Positions 10,301 to 18,648 of a DNA stretch of 64,000 nt are shown piece after piece. Where the stretch lies: NCBI GenBank assembly GCA_046597065.1, contig JBKJLI010000003.1, positions 148,436-212,435 of the forward strand. The letters are read 5' to 3'. Origin of the DNA: Candidatus Saccharimonadia bacterium. Its GTDB lineage: Bacteria; Patescibacteriota; Saccharimonadia; UBA4664; SCTI01. Position numbers and translations under genes: made by a program. The stretch's first letter is position 1, and each line of letters opens with the position of its first letter. A model generated the notes under the pieces. It saw nothing but the letters and a program-made list of their open reading frames with translations, ran no database searches and was not told where the DNA came from.

Positions 10301-10589
10301 CCAGAGAGCCGATGGCGCTACGCTAACAACTGGTCTCTCGGTGGCTGATTGTAGAAACCGCTTAGTTGTTAATGGTCTGTTAATGGCCAACGGACTGCAA
10401 TTCAACCGTACCTATGTGAATAAAACTACTTCGGGTAATGTTACTACGCAGATTATTGGAGATGACTTTTCTTCCGAGTACGCCAAAATGATTGGGCAAC
10501 TATATGCAGCGACGCCACCAGCATTTAGTACAGTTACTAAGACCTACAACCCGCCGCAGTACTTGCAAGAGGCGCCGGCCAGGTATTAA
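7347..10589 (+). CDS. large secreted surface protein (1080 aa, Gly/Asn/Thr/Ser/Asp-rich), function unknown
   Basis: Signal peptide MNPTTLASRALIAATLLLLAVGLSSSANAS. Long uninterrupted ORF in the GC-rich block. No recognisable catalytic motif and no LPxTG. Lies immediately upstream of pilM. Confidence 0.7.
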   Translation: MNPTTLASRALIAATLLLLAVGLSSSANASTIRRDCDTRTVAASVDYSFFPFGFICQNINPSSPVKSTSVYLDGYTNNYASSLNGLDGSSDAKYTNVSPGQTLAFKTGFANWRPPRENSPGGPGSTATRDIYVWVTMDANDSLFDDPNPSNSIGNLGTNFGTGGSYTTSTNGSIPVNGQHLDCPGAHGSPIVIAYPNANNITGNTDRSPYWNSTHNGDGKVDCSNEGQMIYWKLSGVSNNQSPDFKFDVKLRGTYPPPGDSGKICVRMNVSVEYAGETQLVDKLGHMAIKSSKECYWIRTSVVEGNIKSHPSLATGKNLEGVHVYYTRNHSCDYAGAWNVVKTDVDGNYKFYNASGDQFCVRPEATTTATVPGGTTYNSPERLKQDYNGANYDYGGASPDDGSDVVNRNYFYKPIPVAPTIDKDKGGRGTVIAPDGRTVNCTGTITPDPLSVCDPDTLRPGDSVTFYITVKNSIDANQNVNIQDWIPLNIDPASVSAANVSLVEDGNGPLNWFVSGSPDPFAAVQQYSYGNRDISTNFTGDYSSGFSSGSGSSLPRFSFTFSRLPAYSEVLIEWTGTVKSANNIGVYPGSPNDYRYCPGVNSTTYDNPNRVLTECEDRATGLQGVSNAVEVESPTGGFIKGFSNITYNPVPSSFNQAAKTIGSGLTPDENGNIIIDPNDPSTASNMPISSTFGRDTNMGPIPNMTIDDQAGPADLDSHIINIDLTGSGGANLVGASNRIVRWTGQDLRGSGAIDSNTFTFRAGVNPATPIGTKIYNTTRACAPKYWEAGHAPFCIDTNKVGVIVANIINPYLVGDRGDVRAGQTCTAATSSKAYGPVGSSNNKGNYTVTATGSITNFGAGVGKPEYGVNCQPDLVGSANILATTPGKFKAFNTWVPVASQSQYDGKVVTSGTIDIPANTTIKGRWTLFVDGDVHILGNLTYDYGSVTSLNGTPSFGIIATGNISIDPSATQLNGYFYARGKINTCQRADGATLTTGLSVADCRNRLVVNGLLMANGLQFNRTYVNKTTSGNVTTQIIGDDFSSEYAKMIGQLYAATPPAFSTVTKTYNPPQYLQEAPARY

Positions 10590-10631
10590 AGGGTTTTCAA
10601 GCATAACGGTTATGATAGTATTAGAGGTGAG

Positions 10632-11672
10632 ATGGGACTGTTCAATAAACAGGTAGAGTATTTTGGCATAGATATCGGCTCGGGCGGCATCCGACTGGTA
10701 CAGCTAAAGCGTGGCGGCGGGCGACCAGTCTTGGTTACCTATGGTCACGTGGCCACTCCTGCCGGTTTAACTACCAGCGACAGCCCCGGCGACATTAGTA
10801 AAGTCGCAGCAGTTGTAAAACAACTCGTAAAAGATGCCAGGGTTACCACAAAGCACGTGGTAGCCGGTTTGCCATCGGCCAAAGTTTTTGCCAGCATCAT
10901 GACAACTCCAGTTTTGGGTCACGATGAACTGGGTAAGGCCATTCACCTGCAGGCTGATCAATACATTCCCATGGCCATTAAAGACGTAAAGCTTGATTGG
11001 GTAGTGCTTGGCCCCGGCAAAACCCCTCAAGAACAAGAGGTTTTACTGGTGGCCGCTCCAAATACCGTGGCTCAAAAGTACTTAAGCATTATGGAGCAAG
11101 CCGAACTAGAGCTGATAGCCCTTGAGCCCAATGCCGTAGCTTTAGCTCGAGCCGTTGTGGCGCCTAATGATCTTGCGGTGTTGGTTATTGACATTGGCAG
11201 CATTACCACTGACATCACCATTGTGCAGCACAACCTACCTAAGTTAATTCGCTCGGTTAACGTTGGTGGAACTACCTTTATGAAATCGGTGGCCCAGAAC
11301 TTGGGTCTAGATGAAGCTCAAGCCGATCAGTTTACGCGCAAGTTTGGACTGACTCAAACCAAGCTAGAAGCTCAGGTTTACAAGGCCATTAAGCCCAGTC
11401 TTGATCAGTTAATTGGCGAAATCGATAAATCGGTTAAGTTTTATTCAACGCAGTATCCCGACATCAAGATGGAAAAGGTGATTCTAACCGGCGGCACTAC
11501 CAGCCTGCCAGAGCTTAACACCTACCTGTCGACCGCTACAGGCTTACCGGTTGAAATTGCCAACGCCTGGACTAAAATTGGCTATCCCGCGTCATTACAA
11601 GATACGCTAATGGGCCTATCAGTGCAGTACGGCGTATCGGCCGGCTTAGCTGAAAGGGACGTGCTGGTATGA
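10632..11672 (+). CDS. pilM: type IV pilus assembly protein PilM (actin-like ATPase fold)
   Basis: MGLFNKQVEYFGIDIGSGGIRLVQL, a typical PilM N-terminus. 346 aa. SD agaggtgag upstream. Confidence 0.85.
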   Translation: MGLFNKQVEYFGIDIGSGGIRLVQLKRGGGRPVLVTYGHVATPAGLTTSDSPGDISKVAAVVKQLVKDARVTTKHVVAGLPSAKVFASIMTTPVLGHDELGKAIHLQADQYIPMAIKDVKLDWVVLGPGKTPQEQEVLLVAAPNTVAQKYLSIMEQAELELIALEPNAVALARAVVAPNDLAVLVIDIGSITTDITIVQHNLPKLIRSVNVGGTTFMKSVAQNLGLDEAQADQFTRKFGLTQTKLEAQVYKAIKPSLDQLIGEIDKSVKFYSTQYPDIKMEKVILTGGTTSLPELNTYLSTATGLPVEIANAWTKIGYPASLQDTLMGLSVQYGVSAGLAERDVLV

Positions 11673-12259
11673 CCAACGCCCGCGTTAACCTAGCACCAGA
11701 GGTTTACCAAGCGTCGCAGCGGGCCAAGCAGGTTCGCCAGATTGCGATAGCCATTGGTTCGCTAATTGGCATCATTTGCATTGGGTTGGTAGTTACCTCG
11801 CTGGTAATTTTGGGTGGCCAAAAAGTCTTTATTAACTCTTTGAATGGCTCGATTAAAGATAAGCAGGCCAAGGTTAAGACCTTTAGTGACCTTCCTAAAG
11901 CTGCTACAGCCACCGCACACGCTGATACTTTGGCCGATTTAATTAAGCAACGAATATACCTGTCGCGCTTTTTTGACACCCTTCAGACCGCTACTCCTCA
12001 AGGTGTGGCCTTAAGTTCCGTTAGCTTAAACAGTGCCAACGTAGTTTCCTTAAACGTTAGCGCCAAAAGTTATGCCTTGGCCACCAAATACGCCAAGGCT
12101 TTAGAAGCCAGTAATTTAACCGTGGGCCCCGGGGCCTCGCCTTTGCAGCAGCCCAATTTTAGTAACGTGCAACTTTCTGGGGTAACCGATAGTGGTGGCG
12201 GTAGCATCGACTTTAAGCTAACCGCAACAATATCTAGTGAGGTGCAGAGTGGCCGTTAA
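11669..12259 (+). CDS. pilN: type IV pilus assembly protein PilN
   Basis: 196 aa. Short cytoplasmic N-terminus and a single TM helix (IAIAIGSLIGIICIGLVVTSLVILGG). Translationally coupled to pilM by a 4-nt overlap. Confidence 0.7.
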   Translation: MTNARVNLAPEVYQASQRAKQVRQIAIAIGSLIGIICIGLVVTSLVILGGQKVFINSLNGSIKDKQAKVKTFSDLPKAATATAHADTLADLIKQRIYLSRFFDTLQTATPQGVALSSVSLNSANVVSLNVSAKSYALATKYAKALEASNLTVGPGASPLQQPNFSNVQLSGVTDSGGGSIDFKLTATISSEVQSGR

Positions 12260-12908
12260 ATACAGCAAATCCGTAACTGGTATAAAAAAGCCGGCTCCTA
12301 GCAAAAAAGAGCTATCGGCAAATAGCTTTGCCGCTATGGTAGCGGTGGGTACCACCATAGCAGTGATCATAACCGGGTTTGCATTGAACTACTTGGTTGG
12401 CCAAGTGATTTTATACTCTAAGGTTGCGATAGCTAAACAAACCGCCGTAAATGATTTAACTCAAAAAATCGACAACGCTCCAAAGTTAATTGAAGCTTAC
12501 AATCAGCTGGGATCTCGCAAGGATTTAATTTTCCATGGCCTGCCAAATACCGCCGACTTTCCCGAAATTGTCTCAATAATCGATAGCATGTCGGCAGCCT
12601 CGGCCGTTAAAACCACCGCAGTCACCCCGGTAACAACCGTTATTGCTGGTGCTACGGCATCCACATCTAGCACTACGGCCACCCCTAACGCCGGCGGAGC
12701 CCAAACTACCCAGTTTAGTGTGTCTGTTACCGGCCAGTACGCCAAGGTATTAGACTTTATTAAGAACCTAGAAAAGTCGGCTCGCCCGATGCGGGTCACC
12801 GCCATCGATTTTAAGGGTACCGGCAACAGCATTTCCGCCGATATCCAAATCACCTCTTACTACCAGTCGCCGGTTGATATTAACGACAAAACCGAGGTAA
12901 TAAAATGA
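12237..12908 (+). CDS. pilO: type IV pilus assembly protein PilO-like
   Basis: 223 aa. N-terminal TM segment followed by a periplasmic/extracellular domain. Sits in the pilMNO position. Confidence 0.6.
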   Translation: MRCRVAVKYSKSVTGIKKPAPSKKELSANSFAAMVAVGTTIAVIITGFALNYLVGQVILYSKVAIAKQTAVNDLTQKIDNAPKLIEAYNQLGSRKDLIFHGLPNTADFPEIVSIIDSMSAASAVKTTAVTPVTTVIAGATASTSSTTATPNAGGAQTTQFSVSVTGQYAKVLDFIKNLEKSARPMRVTAIDFKGTGNSISADIQITSYYQSPVDINDKTEVIK

Positions 12909-13168
12909 AACCCAAAGAAATAACTCAGCTAATCGTCGCCATCGTGATTTTTGCAATTGCCGGCTTCTTAATTTATTCACAACTTGGGCCTAAGTCTGGC
13001 GGCAAGGATGGAAAAGGGGTATCGGTTGAAAAGGTAACCAAGATTCCTTCAGGTTTTAATGACCAGTCGTTGAGCGTGATCGGGGATAGTTCAAGAGTTC
13101 GTGACTTTTACTCACCACCCGATTTGGGTAGTGGCCTCGGCAATTCTCAGCCCTTCGGTACCAAGTAG
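12905..13168 (+). CDS. small single-pass membrane protein within the pilus operon
   Basis: 87 aa with the TM segment ITQLIVAIVIFAIAGFLIY. Translationally coupled to pilO. Confidence 0.45.
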   Translation: MKPKEITQLIVAIVIFAIAGFLIYSQLGPKSGGKDGKGVSVEKVTKIPSGFNDQSLSVIGDSSRVRDFYSPPDLGSGLGNSQPFGTK

Positions 13169-13180
13169 GATTTCAGCGCT

Positions 13181-14944
13181 ATGCTGAACCTTAAAAGTCA
13201 AAAAAGCATCGAAAAGATGCTACTCGACAAGAAGATTCTGGATAAGGCTCAGCTCGAGGAATATCGAGTGCGCTCAATCCAAAATAACGAACCGTTATTG
13301 GCCGTAATTCAGCAGGCAGGTATTTTAGATGAAGAGCAACTCACCCAGCTTTCTGCGGCGGCTAGTGGATTGCAGTATGTGAATTTAAGTAATGTCACAG
13401 TACCACCGGATCTGCTTGCGGCTGTTCCGCGCGATATAGCCGAAACTTACCAAGCGGTGGCCTTTGGCCGCACCGATGGGCGTTTGGCTGTGGCCATGGT
13501 AGATCCAACCAACGTTCAGGCTATCGACTTTATATCTCGCAAAACCGGAGAAACACTGGTAACCTATCTAGCTTCGCAGGGTAGCATCGAAAAGGTCATG
13601 CTGCAGTATACCGCCGACCTATCGGGCGATTTAAAACAGGCGATTCAAAGCGCAGAGTTGCCGGTTTCGCGTCGCGCCGAAGCTAGCAAAATGCAAAACT
13701 TGGTTCAGGACGCACCAATTACCCGCGCACTTAACACCATTCTGGAGTATGCCGTTAACAGCCGCGCCTCTGATGTACACATAGAGCCACGCGAAAAAGA
13801 GGTCTCGATTAGATTTCGTATCGATGGCGTGCTGCGCGAGGCCATGAAGCTACCCAAAACGATTGAACCGGCGCTTATTTCGCGCATCAAAATTCTTTCA
13901 AATCTAAAGATCGATGAACATCGCATTCCCCAAGATGGTGAGTTTACGGTGCACGCCGGTAAAAAAGATGTTGATTTACGTATCGCCATCGCCCCAATTA
14001 CTTGGGGTGAGCAGGTTGTAATTCGTTTGCTCGATAAAACCAACGTGCTCTTAACTCTAGAAAACCTTGGCTTTAAAGGCCGCGCCTTTCGCACAATTGT
14101 AGAAGGCATCCACACCCCGCACGGCATGACACTAGCTACCGGCCCCACCGGATCCGGTAAATCGACCACGCTCTATGCGGTGCTACAGGCTTTAAAAAAT
14201 GTAGCCGTAAATATTGTTACGCTCGAAGACCCAGTTGAGTACAAAATGGAGGGCATCAACCAAATTCAGGTTAATGCCGATGTTGGCCTGACCTTTGCCA
14301 GCGGTTTGCGCAGCATTTTGCGCCAAGACCCCAACATCATCATGGTGGGGGAGATTCGCGACGAAGAAACCGCTAATCTGGCCGTGCAGTCTGCCCTAAC
14401 CGGCCACGTGGTACTTTCTACCATTCACACCAACTCGGCCGCTGGCGTGCTACCACGCCTCTTAGATATGCATATCGAGCCTTTCTTGGTAGCCAGTACT
14501 GTTAACACCGTAATTGGCCAGCGCCTTGTGCGTCGAATTTGTGATAAATGTAATGAGCAGCGCCAAAGTACTGCCGCCGAAGCCAAGTCGATTCAAGAAA
14601 CTCTGGGTAAAATTTTACCGGCAAGTGAAGCCGATATAACCAAGGCCCGTGAAGACTTAGGCTTTGACACCTTGCCACTAGCCAGCCAAACCGCTTATAC
14701 TTTATACAAAGGTAAAGGATGCAAAGAGTGTACCGACGGGTACAAAGGTCGCATCGGAATATATGAGGTGTTTGGAATGAGCGACGGCATGGAGCAGTTA
14801 CTGGCGGCAAAGGCCACTACTTCGCATATTCAAGCGCAGGCATCAAAGCAGGGCATGGTTACCATGCGCCAAGACGGCTACTTAAAGGCTCTCAACGGGT
14901 TGACCACATTAGAAGAGGTTGCCCGTGTAGCCTCGGATTTTTAG
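13181..14944 (+). CDS. pilB: type IV pilus assembly ATPase PilB (GspE family)
   Basis: 587 aa. GspII_E N-domain, Walker A ATGPTGSGKSTTLYA, and the tetracysteine motif CDKC...CKEC. Confidence 0.9.
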   Translation: MLNLKSQKSIEKMLLDKKILDKAQLEEYRVRSIQNNEPLLAVIQQAGILDEEQLTQLSAAASGLQYVNLSNVTVPPDLLAAVPRDIAETYQAVAFGRTDGRLAVAMVDPTNVQAIDFISRKTGETLVTYLASQGSIEKVMLQYTADLSGDLKQAIQSAELPVSRRAEASKMQNLVQDAPITRALNTILEYAVNSRASDVHIEPREKEVSIRFRIDGVLREAMKLPKTIEPALISRIKILSNLKIDEHRIPQDGEFTVHAGKKDVDLRIAIAPITWGEQVVIRLLDKTNVLLTLENLGFKGRAFRTIVEGIHTPHGMTLATGPTGSGKSTTLYAVLQALKNVAVNIVTLEDPVEYKMEGINQIQVNADVGLTFASGLRSILRQDPNIIMVGEIRDEETANLAVQSALTGHVVLSTIHTNSAAGVLPRLLDMHIEPFLVASTVNTVIGQRLVRRICDKCNEQRQSTAAEAKSIQETLGKILPASEADITKAREDLGFDTLPLASQTAYTLYKGKGCKECTDGYKGRIGIYEVFGMSDGMEQLLAAKATTSHIQAQASKQGMVTMRQDGYLKALNGLTTLEEVARVASDF

Positions 14945-14951
14945 GAGAATC

Positions 14952-16022
14952 ATGGATAAAACCGGACTTAAAATTGAACTGTTACTAGAAGAGGTAATCA
15001 AGCATGATGCCTCCGACCTGCACTTACAAGTCGGCCTGCCACCCATGTTACGTATCGATGGCGCCTTAAAGCCGGTTGATGACGCCCCAGTCTTAAAAGA
15101 CACCGATACCGACAAGCTGATTCAGTCGGTACTAGATGACGACCAAAAGGCAGTACTGGTTAAAGACAAAGAGGTCGATTTTTCATTCAGCTTTGGTAAC
15201 TATGGCCGCTTTCGCGTTAACGCCTTTCATGAAAAGGGTAATATTGCCGCCGCTCTGCGTTTAATTCCATCAAAAATTCGCACCCTAACCGAGCTTGAAA
15301 TGCCCAAGGTCGTATCAACCTTTGCCGAGTACCCACGGGGTCTTGTACTAGTAACCGGCCCAACCGGTTCTGGTAAGTCCACCACTCTGGCGGCCATCAT
15401 CGACAAAATCAACACCGAACAGGCCCGACACATTATTACAATTGAAGACCCAATCGAGTATGCTCATCACTCTAAAAAGTCGATCGTGGTCCAGCGAGAG
15501 GTGCACTATGACACCTTTAGCTTTGGTGCCGCGCTGCGATCAAGCCTCCGCCAAGACCCAGATGTGGTGCTTATTGGCGAAATGCGCGACCTAGAAACCA
15601 TTTCGGCTGCCATAACGCTTGCTGAAACCGGCCACTTAGTGCTTGCAACCCTTCACACCAACTCGGCTGCTCAGTCGATCGACCGTATCATCGACGTCTT
15701 TCCTCCGCACCAACAACAACAGATTCGCATACAGGTGGCTGGCATGCTGCAGGCCATTTGTGCCCAGCGCTTGGTGCCAAAGATTGGCGGAGGTCGCATT
15801 GCCGCTTCTGAGATCTTAGTGGTAACACCGGCCGCCCGAAACATTATTCGCGAGGGCAAAACTCATCAGCTTGATTCGGTTATCCAAACCGGTGCCGATG
15901 ACGGCATGCAGAGTATGGATCGCACCCTAGTTGAACTGATCCATTCCGGAACCATCACTTACGACGAGGCCAAGAACTACGCCGTCGATATAGGCGAGCT
16001 CGACCGCCTAATGAGGGGATAG
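14952..16022 (+). CDS. pilT: twitching-motility retraction ATPase PilT
   Basis: 356 aa. Walker A VTGPTGSGKSTTLAA and the PilT-typical length and motifs (IEDPIEY, LIGEMRD). Confidence 0.9.
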   Translation: MDKTGLKIELLLEEVIKHDASDLHLQVGLPPMLRIDGALKPVDDAPVLKDTDTDKLIQSVLDDDQKAVLVKDKEVDFSFSFGNYGRFRVNAFHEKGNIAAALRLIPSKIRTLTELEMPKVVSTFAEYPRGLVLVTGPTGSGKSTTLAAIIDKINTEQARHIITIEDPIEYAHHSKKSIVVQREVHYDTFSFGAALRSSLRQDPDVVLIGEMRDLETISAAITLAETGHLVLATLHTNSAAQSIDRIIDVFPPHQQQQIRIQVAGMLQAICAQRLVPKIGGGRIAASEILVVTPAARNIIREGKTHQLDSVIQTGADDGMQSMDRTLVELIHSGTITYDEAKNYAVDIGELDRLMRG

Positions 16023-16031
16023 CACAGCGCC

Positions 16032-17258
16032 GTGATTGATTACGTATATAAAGCTAAGGACTTAACCTCGGGCCAGATTATCACGGCTGGGGTTAAGGCC
16101 GATAGCCCAGAGTCGGCAGCTAAGGTGTTAGCCAAGCAGAATCTATTTGCCATTGATATTCAAGAAAAAAGTGACGGCGGCATACTTTCGAGAGTAGGCC
16201 TTAAGGGGCGTGTTACATCTAAGGAACGAGTGCTTTTTACTCGTCAGCTATCCACCCTCATTAACGCCGGTCTGCCCTTAGCCCGCGCGCTCCGTACAGT
16301 CCAAGATCAAATCAAAGGACAGACCTTAAATAACATCATTGGTGAGGTGGTGGCAGCGGTAGAGGGCGGCTCGTCATTGTCGAACGCTTTTGGCGTGCAC
16401 CCCAAGGTATTTAATGAGATCTACGTGGCTTTGGTAGCCGCTGGCGAGACCTCCGGTACACTTGATAAAGCTTTATTGCGGCTGGCCAACCAACAAGAAA
16501 AAGATGCCGAGATTATTACCAAAATTCGCGGGGCGCTCATCTATCCGGCAATCGTTCTGGTTTTAATCGTTGTCGTGGTAGGGATTATGCTGGTATCGGT
16601 TGTGCCTCAAGTTTCAAAACTATATAAAGACCTGGGCAAAAGTTTGCCATTCTTAACCCAGCTTCTTGTCAGCACATCAGATTTCTTAATTCATTTCTGG
16701 TGGCTAGCCATTTTAGGGCTGGTGGCTGCCGCATATGGCGCCAAAATTCTATATGCTCGCGAAAGTACCAAGCTGGAGCTGGACCGGCTGAAACTAAAGG
16801 CCCCTCTGTTCGGCGCAATTTTTGCCAAGGTCTACATGGCTCGTTTTTCACGCACCATGAACACCCTGATCGCTAGCGGCATTCCGATGCTCGATGCCCT
16901 GGCTACGGTTAAGCGGGCCATCAATAACCGGGTGGTAGAGGCGGATCTAGAAAAGGCCATCAGCCAGGTTAGGGGAGGCACCGCATTATCTGAGTCTCTT
17001 GGAGATAAAACCAGCTTTTTAGTACTAGTACCCCAGATGGTAAAGATTGGTGAAGAGTCCGGCGCCTTAGATGACATGCTCGATCGCACAGCACTGTACT
17101 ACGAGGCAGAGGTAGATGAAGCCATTAAGAACATTTCTACTACCATCGAACCAGTTATGATGGTAGTTTTGGGCGTAATTGTGGCCTTTGTGCTTGGGGC
17201 GATTCTGTACCCGATTTACAGCTTAGTCGGCAATGGCGGAGCCTCCAACATAAAATAA
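16032..17258 (+). CDS. pilC: type IV pilus platform protein PilC (GspF family)
   Basis: 408 aa with two GspF repeats and three TM segments. Confidence 0.85.
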   Translation: MIDYVYKAKDLTSGQIITAGVKADSPESAAKVLAKQNLFAIDIQEKSDGGILSRVGLKGRVTSKERVLFTRQLSTLINAGLPLARALRTVQDQIKGQTLNNIIGEVVAAVEGGSSLSNAFGVHPKVFNEIYVALVAAGETSGTLDKALLRLANQQEKDAEIITKIRGALIYPAIVLVLIVVVVGIMLVSVVPQVSKLYKDLGKSLPFLTQLLVSTSDFLIHFWWLAILGLVAAAYGAKILYARESTKLELDRLKLKAPLFGAIFAKVYMARFSRTMNTLIASGIPMLDALATVKRAINNRVVEADLEKAISQVRGGTALSESLGDKTSFLVLVPQMVKIGEESGALDDMLDRTALYYEAEVDEAIKNISTTIEPVMMVVLGVIVAFVLGAILYPIYSLVGNGGASNIK

Positions 17259-17260
17259 GC

Positions 17261-17289
17261 TTGACAAGCATAAGCTTAATCAAGATAAT
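17261..17289 (+). promoter_or_regulatory. sigma-70-type promoter for pilA
   Basis: TTGACA, a 17-nt spacer, then GATAAT, found directly in sequence. SD AAGGTGA lies ~9 nt before the ATG at 17337. Confidence 0.55.
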
Positions 17290-17336
17290 TTACATTAATT
17301 GAATTTATAGACTTAATTAAGAAGGTGAGAATCTAA

Positions 17337-17750
17337 ATGTCTAAACTAAACAACAAAAAAGGTTTTACCCTGATCGAAATCGTCATTGTACTGGCGATCG
17401 CGGCATTGGTATTAGCTGCCGTATTGTTGGCTGTATCAGGAGCCCAGAAGGCCCGTCGTGATACCCAGCGTAAGAATGATGCCGGCTCTTATGCCGCGGC
17501 GCTTGAGCAGTATGCTTCAAACACTAGTGGGGACTACCCAGCCACAGGCGTAGCTCTCGCCTCTACATATTTTGACCGAAAAGATCCCGGCAGTGGTTCC
17601 GTATACGCGGTTGTAAGTGCTGCGCCATCAGTTGGGCAAATTCAGTATGTTCTCGGCGTTGACTGTGCGGCCGCCGCTAGTGGTCGCTACTATGCATTGA
17701 CTGTTGGGTTAGAGCAGGGCGGTAGCGCCTGTTTCAGTAACCACAAGTAA
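17337..17750 (+). CDS. pilA: type IV major pilin (prepilin with class III signal)
   Basis: MSKLNNKKGFTLIEIVIVLAIAALVLAAV, a G|FTLIE prepilin-peptidase site with Glu at +5. 137 aa with a C-terminal Cys pair. Confidence 0.85.
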   Translation: MSKLNNKKGFTLIEIVIVLAIAALVLAAVLLAVSGAQKARRDTQRKNDAGSYAAALEQYASNTSGDYPATGVALASTYFDRKDPGSGSVYAVVSAAPSVGQIQYVLGVDCAAAASGRYYALTVGLEQGGSACFSNHK

Positions 17751-17780
17751 GTCACAAGGACACACTTTCTTAACCAGATC

Positions 17781-17806
17781 AGCCGCCTTCGGGCGGCTTT
17801 TGGTTT
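17781..17806 (+). terminator. rho-independent terminator after pilA
   Basis: agccgccttcgggcggct hairpin followed by tttggttt. Confidence 0.65.
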
Positions 17807-17820
17807 GATATAATGCGCTT

Positions 17821-18621
17821 ATGTTTTTAATCGGCCTGGGTGCCTTTATCGTCGGCCTGTTCATTGGCAGCTTCCTGTTTGTGGTCGTCGAACGGCTGCA
17901 TGCCGGACGCAGTTTTGTGCATGGCCGCTCCAAGTGCGACCACTGCAAACACCAGTTGGGGGCCGCAGACCTAGTGCCACTATTTAGCTGGCTGTTTCAG
18001 CGCGGTAAGTGTAGTCATTGTAAAAAGCCCATCTCGGCCCATTATCCGTTAGTTGAGTTACTCACAGGATCAGTATTTGCTTTGACTGTTACTACGCATC
18101 TACCATCAACAACCGCGCAGCTTTTGTCGCTTTTACTGTGGCTGTATGTTGGCGGAAGCTTTATCGTCCTCTCGGTTTATGACCTTAAATGGTATCTGTT
18201 GCCAGATAAAGTGTTGCTACCTCTAATCGCTCCAGCATTGGCCATAGCAGTCTTAACCGCGGCCTCGGCTGGCTCTTGGCAGGTGATTATCGGTCCAGTG
18301 GAGGCTGCGCTGGCCTTCGGCGGTGCATTTTACGCGGTTGCTGCCGTATCTGGAGGCCGCTGGATGGGTGGGGGAGATATTAAGCTGGCTTTCATAATGG
18401 GGTTGCTGCTGGGGCTTAAAAAGACGCTCCTGGCCATGTTTATTGCCTTTAACTCCGCAGCCATAATAGGGCTGCTCTTGATTGCATTGGGCCGTAAAAG
18501 CCGTAAAGATATGATTCCGTTTGGGCCATTCTTGATTTTAGGTACGATGGTGGCCTATTGGTACGGCGGATCTATCATTAACTGGTATATACAAGTTAGT
18601 GGTTTATACCTGTTGCAGTAA
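17821..18621 (+). CDS. pilD: prepilin peptidase PilD (A24 family)
   Basis: 266 aa. N-terminal zinc motif CDHC...CSHC, a polytopic membrane protein with a DUF/A24 core. Confidence 0.85.
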   Translation: MFLIGLGAFIVGLFIGSFLFVVVERLHAGRSFVHGRSKCDHCKHQLGAADLVPLFSWLFQRGKCSHCKKPISAHYPLVELLTGSVFALTVTTHLPSTTAQLLSLLLWLYVGGSFIVLSVYDLKWYLLPDKVLLPLIAPALAIAVLTAASAGSWQVIIGPVEAALAFGGAFYAVAAVSGGRWMGGGDIKLAFIMGLLLGLKKTLLAMFIAFNSAAIIGLLLIALGRKSRKDMIPFGPFLILGTMVAYWYGGSIINWYIQVSGLYLLQ

Positions 18622-18648
18622 TTACGCTTATGCTACAATTAACCTGAT

